NCBI GenBank assembly: GCA_003221695.1
Contig: QHSX01000058.1
Location: 326 to 64,325, forward strand
Reading direction: 5' to 3'
Source: Candidatus Rokuibacteriota bacterium
Lineage (GTDB): Bacteria; Methylomirabilota; Methylomirabilia; Rokubacteriales; CSP1-6
Length of the DNA stretch: 64,000 bases
The translations under genes were made by a program, and so were the position numbers. Below the pieces are notes generated by a model that worked only from the letters and a program-made list of their open reading frames with translations, had not been told where the DNA came from and searched no databases. Shown here in pieces: positions 40,163 through 50,623 of the stretch; positions within the stretch are counted from its first letter, which is position 1, and each line of letters starts with the position of its first letter.

Positions 40163-42139
40163 ATGATCCAGGTCGAGGACATCCAGAAGGCGTACGCGGG
40201 GCAGCAGCTCTTCGGCGCGCTGTCGTGGCGGATCGCCGACGGGGAGCGCATCGGCCTCGTGGGGCCGAACGGCGCGGGCAAGACGACCCTCTGCCGGCTC
40301 CTCGCGGGGCTCGAGGAGCCTGACAGCGGGCGCATCAGCCGCCCGCGCGAGACGACGGTCGGCTATCTGCCCCAGGAGGTGGCGGCGAGCCCGGCGGGCT
40401 CGGTCCTCACCGAGGCGCTCTCCGGCTTCGACGAGGTCTGGCGGGTCGAGCGCGAGATGGAGGAGGTTGCCGCGGCGCTCGGCCGGGCCCCGCACGGAGT
40501 CGAGAGCGACGCGCTGACGGCGCGCTACGGCGACCTCCAGCACCGGTTCGAGGCTCTCGGCGGCTACCGGCTCGAGACCGCGGCGAAGGCGATCCTGGGC
40601 GGCCTCGGGTTCCGCGTGAGCGACTTCGTCCGGCCACTCGCCGAATTCTCCGGGGGCTGGCGCATGCGCGCGGCCCTCGCGCGCCTGCTGCTCCTCCGCC
40701 CGTCGCTCCTGCTGCTCGACGAGCCGACGAACCACCTCGACATCGAGTCGCTCGAGTGGCTCGAGGGCTTCCTTGCCGACTACGCGGGTACCGTCGTGCT
40801 CGTCTCGCACGACCGCTACTTCTTGAACCGCATGGTGACCTCGATCGCCGACCTCGGCCCCTCGGGCGTCACCGTCTACCCGGGCACCTACGACGACTAC
40901 CTGGTCGAGCGCGCGGCGCGCCGGGAGCTGCTCGAGGCCCAGGGGCGGAACCAGGCCAAGCGCATCGCGGAGATCGAGCGGTTCATCGAGCGGTTTCGTT
41001 ACCAGGCGACCAAGGCCCGGCAGGTGCAGAGCCGCATCAAGATGCTCGAGCGCATCGAGCGCGTCGAGGTCGGACGCGAGGCGCGCGGGATCCGCTTCGC
41101 GTTTCCCGCGCCGCCGCGCACGGGCCGACGGGTCGCGGCGCTTCGGGCCGCGCGCAAGGCCTACGGCGACAACGTCGTCTACGCCGGCGTGACCTTCGAG
41201 GTCGAGCGCGGCGAGCGTGTGGCGCTCGTGGGGCCGAACGGCGCGGGCAAGTCGACGCTCCTTCGCCTGCTGGCGGGGGTGCTGCCACTGGACGGGGGAG
41301 AGCGCGCGCTCGGCGCCCACGTCGCCGTGCACTACTACGCCCAGCACCAGCTCGATGCGCTGACGCCCGCGCTCACGGTGCTCGAGGAGCTCGAGCGGGC
41401 GGCGCCGGAGCTCGGGCAGACGCGGCTCCGGACGATCCTGGGTGCGTTCCTCTTCTCGGGCGACACGGTGGACAAGAAGATCGCCGTGCTCTCGGGCGGG
41501 GAGAAGGCACGCGTGGCGCTCGCGAAGATGCTCGTCCGGCCGGCGGCGCTCCTGTGCATGGACGAGCCGACCAACCATCTCGACCTCGCGTCGCGCGAGG
41601 TGCTGGAGCAGGCGCTCGTGACGTTTCCGGGCACGATCGTCTTCATCTCGCACGACCGTTACTTCATCAACCGTCTGGCCTCGACGATCGTCGAGGTCGT
41701 TCGTGGGACCCTCACCCGCCACCTCGGCGACTACGACGACTACCTCAGCGCCAAGACGCGCGTGGCGGCCGACGCGGTCCCGGTGAGGGGGCAGGGGGAG
41801 CTCCTCCGCTCGAAACAACACTCGCTCGGAGCCCCCCCTGCCCCCTCACCCAACCGAGCCGACCGATCGACGCGAGCCTCCGGAACGCAGCCGAAGCGGC
41901 GCACGATGGCGAGAGAGGTGCGCGCGCTGCGGCAGCGCCTGGAGGAGGTGGAGACGCAGATTCACGGGCTCGAGACGCGGCTCCGGGAGATCGGCGCGGC
42001 GCTCGGCGATCCCGCGCTCTACGCCGACGGCGAGCGGGCGCGGGCCGTGACGGCCGAGCGCCGGCGCGCGGAGGAGCAGGTCGCCTGGCTCATGCACGAG
42101 TGGGAGGAGCTCTCGGCGGCGCTCGCGGCCCATGAGTGA
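40163..42139 (+). CDS. ABC-F family ATPase (tandem ABC domains plus a C-terminal coiled coil; Uup/EttA-like)
   Basis: Two Walker A ([10 protein letters not shown] / [11 protein letters not shown]), two LSGG signatures, no TMD. Confidence 0.9.
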   Translation: MIQVEDIQKAYAGQQLFGALSWRIADGERIGLVGPNGAGKTTLCRLLAGLEEPDSGRISRPRETTVGYLPQEVAASPAGSVLTEALSGFDEVWRVEREMEEVAAALGRAPHGVESDALTARYGDLQHRFEALGGYRLETAAKAILGGLGFRVSDFVRPLAEFSGGWRMRAALARLLLLRPSLLLLDEPTNHLDIESLEWLEGFLADYAGTVVLVSHDRYFLNRMVTSIADLGPSGVTVYPGTYDDYLVERAARRELLEAQGRNQAKRIAEIERFIERFRYQATKARQVQSRIKMLERIERVEVGREARGIRFAFPAPPRTGRRVAALRAARKAYGDNVVYAGVTFEVERGERVALVGPNGAGKSTLLRLLAGVLPLDGGERALGAHVAVHYYAQHQLDALTPALTVLEELERAAPELGQTRLRTILGAFLFSGDTVDKKIAVLSGGEKARVALAKMLVRPAALLCMDEPTNHLDLASREVLEQALVTFPGTIVFISHDRYFINRLASTIVEVVRGTLTRHLGDYDDYLSAKTRVAADAVPVRGQGELLRSKQHSLGAPPAPSPNRADRSTRASGTQPKRRTMAREVRALRQRLEEVETQIHGLETRLREIGAALGDPALYADGERARAVTAERRRAEEQVAWLMHEWEELSAALAAHE

Positions 42140-42437
42140 GTTCTGGGCTCCGATCGACCCGAGCGCGCTGCGGCGTGAGCGCGCGAAGGCGCGCGAGCTC
42201 CGGGCGAGCCCATGGTGGAAGCGTCGAATCGCCGAGGGCGTTTGCCACTACTGCCGCCGCCGGGTCGGGCCGAGGAATCTCACGATGGATCACGTCGTCC
42301 CGATGGGCCGTGGTGGCCGGTCCACGCGCGGCAATGTCGTTCCCGCCTGCAAGGACTGCAACTCGAAAAAACAGTCGATGGTGCCGGTCGAGTGGCAGGC
42401 GTATCTCCGCTCGCTCGGCGCCGTCTCCGACGACTGA
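42132..42437 (+). CDS. HNH endonuclease
   Basis: CHYCRRRV...[11 protein letters not shown]...[13 protein letters not shown]. The start overlaps the ABC-F stop by 8 nt. Confidence 0.8.
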   Translation: MSEFWAPIDPSALRRERAKARELRASPWWKRRIAEGVCHYCRRRVGPRNLTMDHVVPMGRGGRSTRGNVVPACKDCNSKKQSMVPVEWQAYLRSLGAVSDD

Positions 42438-42568
42438 CAGGGCGGTGTCTGAATCATTGGACGTTGACGCGTTCCGTCGGGCGCGCGTTCAATGGCATGG
42501 CTCGCGAGCACTCGAGTGACTGCCGTGAACGTGGAGATCGTGAACCCGAATCCCGAGGAGGAACGCGA

Positions 42569-42886
42569 ATGATCCGTCGTAGCGCGCTCAGCGTCGTCCT
42601 GTTGATTGCCACAGTGAGCGTCGTGCCGTGGCCCGCGGAAGCGGCACAGCACCTCCGCACGGAGCCCCCGAATGCGGCCCAGACGGCTGGCGGTATGATC
42701 AACATCAACACGGCGGACGTCAAGGAGCTGATGCAGCTCGAGGGCGTCGGTCGGAGGGTGGCCGAGAAGATCGTCGAGTACCGTGAGCATCACGGTCTGT
42801 TCCAGAAGCCCGAGGAGATCCGGCGAGTGGAGGGAATCGGCAGCGGTCTCTGGGAGCGGAATCGCGCCCGCATCGTGGTCAAGTAG
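42569..42886 (+). CDS. ComEA-like secreted helix-hairpin-helix DNA-binding protein
   Basis: Signal peptide plus ININTADVKELMQLEGVGRRVAEKIVEYREHHGLFQKPEEI. Confidence 0.75.
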   Translation: MIRRSALSVVLLIATVSVVPWPAEAAQHLRTEPPNAAQTAGGMININTADVKELMQLEGVGRRVAEKIVEYREHHGLFQKPEEIRRVEGIGSGLWERNRARIVVK

Positions 42887-43083
42887 CGCCGGCCACAGTT
42901 TTTCTTTGGCGCCCTCGTGCCCCGGTGTAGGATGAGGGCAAATCGACCGGAACGTCACAGCGTTCCTTCAGCGTCCCCGCGGGCAATTCCGCCAGCGGCT
43001 GACGTGGTCGAGCCCCGGGCCGGGAGTCGGCATCCGGTTCTGGGTGGGTGGGAACCTGGGCCTGCGTGGCGCCCTTGCCGAGA

Positions 43084-43145
43084 TAGGAGGTGATCCAGCC
43101 GATGTGTACCCCTACGGTGATCTGTGAGGTGGTTGCCTCCTAGGC
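43084..43145 (-). other. Structured GC-rich element containing a 16S rRNA 3'-terminus-like segment
   Basis: The plus strand TAGGAGGTGATCCAGCCGATGTGTACCCCTACGGT matches the reverse complement of 16S ...ACCGTAGGGGAACCTGCGGCTGGATCACCTCCTTA at about 30 of 38 positions. It is flanked by the complementary CCTCCTAGG. Confidence 0.35.
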
Positions 43146-43323
43146 AGGATCCACGCTAGGTCGAGGTGGAGCGCCTGGGAGCCCCAGGCACCACCGGCCC
43201 CGACGGTCCCGCTCTCACCAGCGGGGCGGCGCGACGCGCAGTGAGGAAGTCTCCACGCGCCGCAGCCTCCGTCGGGGCTTTTCATTTCCGGAGTCGCGCC
43301 TCCCGACCGCGGCCCGCCCTGGA

Positions 43324-44463
43324 TCAGCCCGCGACGAGCGGGTGGCCCAGATGGCGCTCGATGGCGCGCAGGCGGTCCCCCTCTTCCGGGGCGGCAAAGC
43401 TGGACGCTACGCCGCTCGCCTCGGCCCGCGCCGTCCGTCCGATTCGGTGAATGTAGTCCTCCGGTGTCCCCGGCAGGTCGAAGTTCACGACGTGCGCGAT
43501 CTCGGGCACGTCGATGCCGCGCGCCGCGATGTCCGTCGCGATGAGGACGCGATATCGGCCGCTCCGGAATCCGTCGAGCGCCTCGCGGCGCTCGGACATC
43601 GAGCGGTCCGCGTGCAGGCGCGCCGCGCGGTGGCCGGCCGCCGTGACGGCGCGCGCAACGCGATCGGCGCGGTGCTTCGTCCGGGTGAAGATCAGCGTGC
43701 GACCGCGCTCGGCGCCGAGGAGCTTGAGCAGGAGCGGGGTCTTCCGCTGCGCGTCTGCCCGATAGAGCCGCTGGGTGACCCCGGCGACGGGTCGGGCCAC
43801 CAGGCCGACCTCGATCCGTTCGGGCCGGACGAGATGGCGCCGCACGAGCCGCTCGACCTCGGGCGGCATCGTCGCCGAAAAGCAGAGTGTCTGGCGGTCG
43901 AGGGGCGTGACTCGGAGGATGCGCTCGACCTGGGGTGCGAACCCCATGTCGAGCATGCGGTCGGCTTCGTCGAGCACGACGACGCGGATCGCGCCGAGGC
44001 TCGCCGTGCCGCGCTCGAGGTGGTCGGCCAGTCTGCCGGGAGTGGCGACGATGACGTCGGGGCGGTCGCGGAGGCCGGTGAGCTGGGGCCCCATCGACTC
44101 GCCCCCGATCAGGACGATCGTCCTGACGCCCTGCTTCCGGCCGAGCGTGTCGAAGGTCTCGGCGATCTGGAGCGCGAGCTCGCGCGTCGGCGCGAGCACG
44201 AGCGCGCGAGGGCCCGATCCTGTGCGCCCGAGCGCGCGTGCGCCGGCGCCGGTGAGCCTCTCGATCGTCGGGATCGCGAAGGCCGCCGTCTTGCCGGTAC
44301 CCGTCTGGGCGCAGCCGATGAGGTCGGATCCGTCGAGGATCGGGGGAATCGCGCGGGCCTGGATCGGCGTGGGCGTCGAGTAGCCGGCGGCCGCGATCGC
44401 ATCGAGCATGGCGGGCGTGAGCGGGAGGTCGGTGAATGAGGTGAATGAGCGGACCATGAGCAT
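43324..44463 (-). CDS. DEAD-box ATP-dependent RNA helicase (RhlE-like)
   Basis: Q-motif, AQTGTGKTAAF, PTRELA, DEAD, SAT, HRIGRTARA. Confidence 0.9.
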   Translation of the reverse strand: MLMVRSFTSFTDLPLTPAMLDAIAAAGYSTPTPIQARAIPPILDGSDLIGCAQTGTGKTAAFAIPTIERLTGAGARALGRTGSGPRALVLAPTRELALQIAETFDTLGRKQGVRTIVLIGGESMGPQLTGLRDRPDVIVATPGRLADHLERGTASLGAIRVVVLDEADRMLDMGFAPQVERILRVTPLDRQTLCFSATMPPEVERLVRRHLVRPERIEVGLVARPVAGVTQRLYRADAQRKTPLLLKLLGAERGRTLIFTRTKHRADRVARAVTAAGHRAARLHADRSMSERREALDGFRSGRYRVLIATDIAARGIDVPEIAHVVNFDLPGTPEDYIHRIGRTARAEASGVASSFAAPEEGDRLRAIERHLGHPLVAG

Positions 44464-44539
44464 CTGAACCTTTCGGGTTGGCTGTGAGAAGTTGAACGCC
44501 CGGGCCCGTCAGCGGGCCCGGGCGGGAGCGAGCGCTGGG

Positions 44540-44743
44540 TTACTGAACCTTCCTGACGTTGGCTGCCTGAAGACCCTTCGGGCCGCGGGTGACTTCGAAC
44601 TCCACCTTGTCACCTTCGGCGAGGCTCTTGAAGCCCTGGGACTGGATGGCGCTGTAGTGGACGAAAACGTCCTCTCCGCCCTCCTGCGTGATGAACCCGT
44701 AACCCTTTGCGTCGTTGAACCATTTGACCTGTCCTGTCGCCAT
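44540..44743 (-). CDS. Cold-shock protein, CspA family
   Basis: [36 protein letters not shown]1/RNP2 motifs. Confidence 0.95.
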   Translation of the reverse strand: MATGQVKWFNDAKGYGFITQEGGEDVFVHYSAIQSQGFKSLAEGDKVEFEVTRGPKGLQAANVRKVQ

Positions 44744-44797
44744 ACTTCGAACCTCTCCTTAAAGGGGGTCTTCAGGGCTCCCGCCGAGGCGGCGGGG

Positions 44798-44821
44798 TTG
44801 CCTTCCGGAATTGGAAGGCAA
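44798..44821. promoter_or_regulatory. 24-nt perfect palindrome about 55 nt upstream of the csp start
   Basis: TTGCCTTCC-GGAATT-GGAAGGCAA. Confidence 0.3.
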
Positions 44822-44938
44822 ACAAAAACGCCGCGCGAACTGGGTCCGCGCGGCGTGTGTCTCGATCTCCACCAATCGTGTACTCAACTCCGTTTGTACC
44901 AGAACCGTGCCACAGCATCGCACGACGCCCTGGCCAAG

Positions 44939-45970
44939 TCAATCGAATTCTATGCGCCGGGTGATGGGGCGCGAGCCGTTTTTGGTGCCGAGCCAGCCCG
45001 GGATCGCCACCGAGAACCGCCCCGCCGTGCCTCCCGCGACGACAATGTGGATCTCCTCCGGGGAAGGAAACTTGGGAATCAGCTCGTCGAGAGCCGGGGG
45101 CGTCTTCCCGTACCGTAGGTTCGTGCCCTCGCCATGGTCGTCGTTCGGCACGAGCGCGCGGTAGGGCACACGTACGGTCTCGTAGAGGTGGCGCGCCAGA
45201 CGCTCCCGGGTCCAGCCGTCGTCCGCGAACGTGCGCGCGTGCTCGGGCCCCACGACCAGCATCGTGTGCGAGTAGAGCGGGAAGTGCTTGCTGTTCCAGA
45301 TGCCGACCATCGACCAGCCGAGCGAGCCCGCGAGCGCCTTCGCCGTGCGGCTCGCGTGGTCCGAGATGCCGTGCGGAGCCTCGCCGCCGAAGAGCGTGAC
45401 CGTGCTCACCTCGGGGGCGACGCCGCGACTCATGTGGTAGGGCGGCCACGGGCTGGCTTCCTCGTTCTCCGCGATGCAGTAGGTGTAGCGCCCGGGATGG
45501 CCGAAGGTGGACATGGACGTCTCGCCCGGCCGGGCACCGCCGATGTTGATCATGAGCAGTCGGAGCGCGCGTCCGATCGTGGCGTTGGCGCGGTAGCCCG
45601 GGCCGAAGACGCCGAAGGCGCTGTTGAGGCCGATCCGGGAACGGATCGGGCCATTCACGACGATGAGAGGCGCGGCGAAGTGTGTCGAGGCCGACATGCC
45701 GTGCAGGTTGAACGCCGGGTCGCACGCGCACTCGGCCGCGGCGATCACGACGCAGAGGTACTCGGGCCGGCAGCCCGCCATCACCGCGTTAATCGCGGCC
45801 TTCTCGACCGTGAGGCGTCCGTAGTTCGGTGGCATCTCGCCGATGAGCTCGTCGGGGTGGCGGCGTGTCCCGGCGAGCATGCCTCCGACGCGCGCGCGCG
45901 TCGGAGGCACCACCGGCAGTCCGTCGGTCACGCCCTTGTCGAACCAGGTCTCGAACTCGTCGGTTGTCAT
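44939..45970 (-). CDS. Conserved hypothetical protein (343 aa)
   Basis: Good codon usage. Conserved-looking GLPVVPPT...AINAVMAGCRPEY...GPGYRANATIGRAL. No family confidently recognised. Confidence 0.45.
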   Translation of the reverse strand: MTTDEFETWFDKGVTDGLPVVPPTRARVGGMLAGTRRHPDELIGEMPPNYGRLTVEKAAINAVMAGCRPEYLCVVIAAAECACDPAFNLHGMSASTHFAAPLIVVNGPIRSRIGLNSAFGVFGPGYRANATIGRALRLLMINIGGARPGETSMSTFGHPGRYTYCIAENEEASPWPPYHMSRGVAPEVSTVTLFGGEAPHGISDHASRTAKALAGSLGWSMVGIWNSKHFPLYSHTMLVVGPEHARTFADDGWTRERLARHLYETVRVPYRALVPNDDHGEGTNLRYGKTPPALDELIPKFPSPEEIHIVVAGGTAGRFSVAIPGWLGTKNGSRPITRRIEFD

Positions 45971-46091
45971 CCGAGCGCCGGAAATGCTACCACGAGCCCC
46001 TCGCGGTACTCGGGCGTGGCTCGCCCCGGCGGCACCACGGCGTCTTCCGGGGGCGACGATGGTGACCATACGCCGACACGCCGGGTGCCAT

Positions 46092-46115
46092 TGACGTCAC
46101 AACTGACGTCACAAC
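46092..46115. promoter_or_regulatory. Tandem TGACGTCACAAC direct repeat (two 8-bp TGACGTCA palindromes) in the mreB upstream region
   Basis: cattGACGTCAcaacTGACGTCAcaac. Confidence 0.3.
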
Positions 46116-46399
46116 GGGTGCCATCCTGGACGTCGGGAGGGGACGGCGTCCGAGCCGAGCTCCCCGCCGACTCGGCCTCTAACCGATCATGACCACGTGG
46201 TCTCGGCCCTGGGATACCGTCACCGCGGTGCGGGAACCCGCTGAAAACCCGGCAGTTTTTTCCGCGACTCTGCCTTCTCACCTGCGCCGCGGCCGGCCAA
46301 AGCGCTCTAAGGTCCCGGAAAGACGGACTTTTCGTTTTCCTCTGGCACGGACTGTGCTACTGTGTCGCCTGGTTTCAACGAGTCGGCGTGACGACCTAA

Positions 46400-47449
<1,050 letters not shown>

Positions 47450-47482
47450 CGCGTCGCCGCGTTCGGTCGTCGGAGGGTTGCG

Positions 47483-48319
47483 GTGAAGATTCGGAAGTTC
47501 GCGCTGCTCGCCTCGGTGCTGGCCGTCTGTCTGTTGCTCCTCACGCTCCAGACCCGCGGCTACGGCGCCACCGCCCGCGACCTGCTGGCGCTGGTGACCA
47601 CGCCGGTGCAGGCTGGGGTCTCCCGGGCGCACCGCGCGGCCTTCGGGGTGTGGGACACCTATCGTGACTGGAAGAACGTTCGCGCCGAGAACTACCGGCT
47701 GCGCGACGAGAACCAGCAGCTGCGCGTCGAGGCGCTCCGCGTGGGCGAGACCGAGGACGAGAACCGCCGCCTGCGCCACCTGCTGGCGCTCCAGCAGCGG
47801 CTGCCGCTCACGACGCTGTCCGGGGAGATCATCGCGCGCGATTGGGGGGGCTGGATCCGCGCGCTCACCGTGAACCGCGGGCGCGGCGACCACGTGCCCC
47901 GCCTCACGGCCGTGATCTCGCCGGACGGGCTGATCGGGCGGATCGTGGACGTGCGGCCCGGCGCCTCGATCATCCAGGTCCTCACCGACCCGGCCTCGAC
48001 GGTCGGAGCCCACGTCGTGCGCACGCGGACGCCGGGTATCGTCGAGGGCGACGCGCGGGGCACGCTCCGCTTCAAGTACATGGCGCGCGACGGCGCCGGG
48101 ATCCAGGTCGGCGACGTCCTCGTCACGTCGGGCCAGGGCGGGCTGTTCCCGCGCGGCATCCCGATCGGGCGCGTCCGTGCGGTCGACGACCGCGGGCCCG
48201 CGCTCTTCTACTACGCCGCGCTCGAGCCGGCGGTGGACTTCGCGCGGGTCGACGAGGTACTGCTGGTGACCGGCGATACGCGGCACGACCTCGCCGCGCA
48301 CTTCCCGACGGGCGGCTGA
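47483..48319 (+). CDS. mreC: Rod shape-determining protein MreC
   Basis: N-terminal TM, coiled coil, and a beta-rich C-terminal domain. Position after mreB. Confidence 0.8.
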   Translation: MKIRKFALLASVLAVCLLLLTLQTRGYGATARDLLALVTTPVQAGVSRAHRAAFGVWDTYRDWKNVRAENYRLRDENQQLRVEALRVGETEDENRRLRHLLALQQRLPLTTLSGEIIARDWGGWIRALTVNRGRGDHVPRLTAVISPDGLIGRIVDVRPGASIIQVLTDPASTVGAHVVRTRTPGIVEGDARGTLRFKYMARDGAGIQVGDVLVTSGQGGLFPRGIPIGRVRAVDDRGPALFYYAALEPAVDFARVDEVLLVTGDTRHDLAAHFPTGG

Positions 48320-48807
48320 TGCGTGCGCTGCTCGCGCTCACCGTGTTCGGCGGGGGCGTCGCCCATGCGACGCTCGCCCCGGCGCTCGGCATCCGCGGCG
48401 TGACCCCCGATCTCCCCCTCATCGTCGTCGCGCTCCTGGCGCTCCGTCAGGGCCCCGAGTTCGGGTGCGTGGCGGGCTTCGCCGCAGGGCTCCTCCAGGA
48501 CGCGACCGGGGGCGGACTGATCGGGGTGCAGGCGCTCACGAAAGCCGTGATCGGTTTCGCGATGGGGGCCGCGGGGAGCCGGCTCTCGGTGACCCAGCCG
48601 CTCGTGCAGGTGCCCGGGCTCGTGCTCCTCACGGTCGCCGAGGGGCTGGTCCGGTTCGCGCTGCTGAAGGTCTTCCACTTCCCGGCGACCTTTGGCGATA
48701 TGATCCTCTACGTCATCCTCCCGCAGGCGCTCTACAACGGCTTCCTGGGCGCCGCGCTCGTGGTGGCCCTCACGTGCTTCGAGTCCCTGCGCGCCCGGGC
48801 GTCCTGA
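48319..48807 (+). CDS. mreD: Rod shape-determining protein MreD
   Basis: 162-aa polytopic membrane protein. ATGA overlap with mreC. The tracked 321-aa ORF has a wrong-frame N-terminus. Confidence 0.7.
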   Translation: MRALLALTVFGGGVAHATLAPALGIRGVTPDLPLIVVALLALRQGPEFGCVAGFAAGLLQDATGGGLIGVQALTKAVIGFAMGAAGSRLSVTQPLVQVPGLVLLTVAEGLVRFALLKVFHFPATFGDMILYVILPQALYNGFLGAALVVALTCFESLRARAS

Positions 48808-48817
48808 GCCTCCGCTC

Positions 48818-50623
48818 GTGAGCCGCGTCTTCGGCCGCCACCGGATGCCAGGGCGCCGCGACGCCGTGCAGCAGCGCATCATGGCGATGGCCGTCCTGGT
48901 CACGGTGGCGTTCGTCGTCATCATCGGGCAGCTCTGGTACCTCCAGGTGCTGGAGGGCGGACGCTTCCTCGACGCCTCGGACCGGAACCGGATCCGCATC
49001 CGTCCGATCGCGGCGCCGCGCGGTGTCCTGTTCGACCGCAACGGCGCGCCGCTCGTCGACAACCGTCCGGCGTTCACGCTCTCGCTGATCCCCCGAGAAC
49101 TCCCGCGCGACACGGAGAGCCGCGACGCGGTGCTGGGCCGCGTGGCCTCGCTCCTGCGGATCCCCTACCAGGAGCTCCTGGATGCGGTTGCGCGCGTGCA
49201 GACCGACTCGTTCCTGCCCGTTCGCGTGCGCCGCGGGCTCACGCTCCAGGACGTCGCGAAGGTCGAGGAGTGGAAGCTCGAGATCCCTGGCGTGATCACC
49301 GAGGTCGAGCCGCAGCGCGTGTATCCGACCAGCCGCTTCGCCGCACACCTGCTCGGGTACGTCCGCGAAGCGAGTGACGATCAGCTCAAACAGGGCCGGT
49401 ACCGACGCGGCGAGATGGTCGGCCAGAGCGGTCTCGAGCGGCTGCTCGACGAGTATCTGCGCGGCCAGGACGGCGGCGAGCGGATCGAGGTCGACGCGAT
49501 GGGCCGCCCCGTGCGCCTGATCCAGCAGAGCGAGCCGCGCGCGGGCGCGCAGGTGATCACCACGGTGGACCGTCGCATTCAAGAGGCCGCGGAACAGGCG
49601 ATGGAGGGGCACGCGGGCGCGGTCGTCGTGATGGATCCGCGCAACGGTGACCTCCTGGCGATGGTCTCGACGCCCGCCTTCGACATCGACCGCTTCACGG
49701 AGACGATCGACCGGAGCGCGTGGCTTCGCGTGGTCCAGGACCCGCACTTCCCCCTGATGAACCGGGCGGTCCAGGGCCAGTACGCACCGGCCTCCATCCT
49801 CAAGATCCTCGTCGCGGCGGCCGGCCTGCAGGAGGGCTCGCTCACGCCGGGCGAGTCGACCAACTGCACCGGCGAGTTCCACCTCGGCGCCGCGACGTTC
49901 AAGGACTGGAAGGAGGGCGGCCACGGCGTGGTCGACCTCAAGCGCGCGATCGTGCAGTCGTGCAACATCTTCTTCTACCAGGCGGGCCTGAAGATCGGCG
50001 GCACGACCATCGTGCGCTACGCCCGCGCCTTCGGCTTTGGCGCGTCGACCGGGATCGAGCTCCAGGGCGAGAAGTTCGGCCTGGTGCCGCGGCCAACGCG
50101 CCGCACCTGGCCTCTGGGCGAGACGGTCAATCTGTCGATCGGCCAGGGCGCCGTGCTCGTCACGCCGACGCAAGTCGCGCGCTTCATGGCCGCGGTGGCG
50201 AACGGGGGCGTGCTCTGGCGCCCACGGATCGTGCAGCGAATCGAGCGGCCCGAGGGCGGCGTACTGTACAGCGACGCCGGGCAGGTCAACGGCCACGTGG
50301 AGCTCTCGCCGGTCGTGTGGGAGTTCCTGCGCCGGAGCTTGTGGGCGGCGGTGAACGACGGCACCGGGGCCGCGGCTCGCATTCCCGGGCTCGACATCGC
50401 TGGCAAGACCGGCACCGCGCAGCTCGTCGGGAAGTCGAAGGCCGCGCTCGGCCAGGACACGGCCTGGTTCGCCGCGTTCGCGCCGGTGAAGGACCCCGAG
50501 GTCGTCGTGGTCGTCCTCGTCGAACGCGGCGGCCGGGGCGGAGAGGTCGCCGCACCGATCGCGCGGAAGATCCTGAACGCGATCTTCTTCGAGAAGGTTG
50601 CGGCGATCGAGGTCCGCGGCTGA
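48818..50623 (+). CDS. mrdA: Penicillin-binding protein 2 (elongasome transpeptidase)
   Basis: PBP dimerisation domain plus transpeptidase (SxxK, SxN, KTGT). Confidence 0.9.
   Translation: MSRVFGRHRMPGRRDAVQQRIMAMAVLVTVAFVVIIGQLWYLQVLEGGRFLDASDRNRIRIRPIAAPRGVLFDRNGAPLVDNRPAFTLSLIPRELPRDTESRDAVLGRVASLLRIPYQELLDAVARVQTDSFLPVRVRRGLTLQDVAKVEEWKLEIPGVITEVEPQRVYPTSRFAAHLLGYVREASDDQLKQGRYRRGEMVGQSGLERLLDEYLRGQDGGERIEVDAMGRPVRLIQQSEPRAGAQVITTVDRRIQEAAEQAMEGHAGAVVVMDPRNGDLLAMVSTPAFDIDRFTETIDRSAWLRVVQDPHFPLMNRAVQGQYAPASILKILVAAAGLQEGSLTPGESTNCTGEFHLGAATFKDWKEGGHGVVDLKRAIVQSCNIFFYQAGLKIGGTTIVRYARAFGFGASTGIELQGEKFGLVPRPTRRTWPLGETVNLSIGQGAVLVTPTQVARFMAAVANGGVLWRPRIVQRIERPEGGVLYSDAGQVNGHVELSPVVWEFLRRSLWAAVNDGTGAAARIPGLDIAGKTGTAQLVGKSKAALGQDTAWFAAFAPVKDPEVVVVVLVERGGRGGEVAAPIARKILNAIFFEKVAAIEVRG

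Noticed and set aside
40157-41821. 554-aa minus-strand ORF antisense to the ABC-F gene, and similar long antisense or wrong-frame ORFs (46307-48301, 50017-52233, 3165-4043, 5845-7050, 34202-37090, 57485-58420 etc.)
   Set aside because: All overlap well-supported genes on the other strand or frame and translate to repetitive R/A/G/P/D/E junk. They are expected in about 70% GC DNA, where stop codons are rare.
43084-43120. 16S-like segment as a genuine rRNA gene or remnant operon
   Set aside because: Only about 38 nt match. No adjacent 1492R/1392 regions, no tRNA, and no 23S sequences are present.
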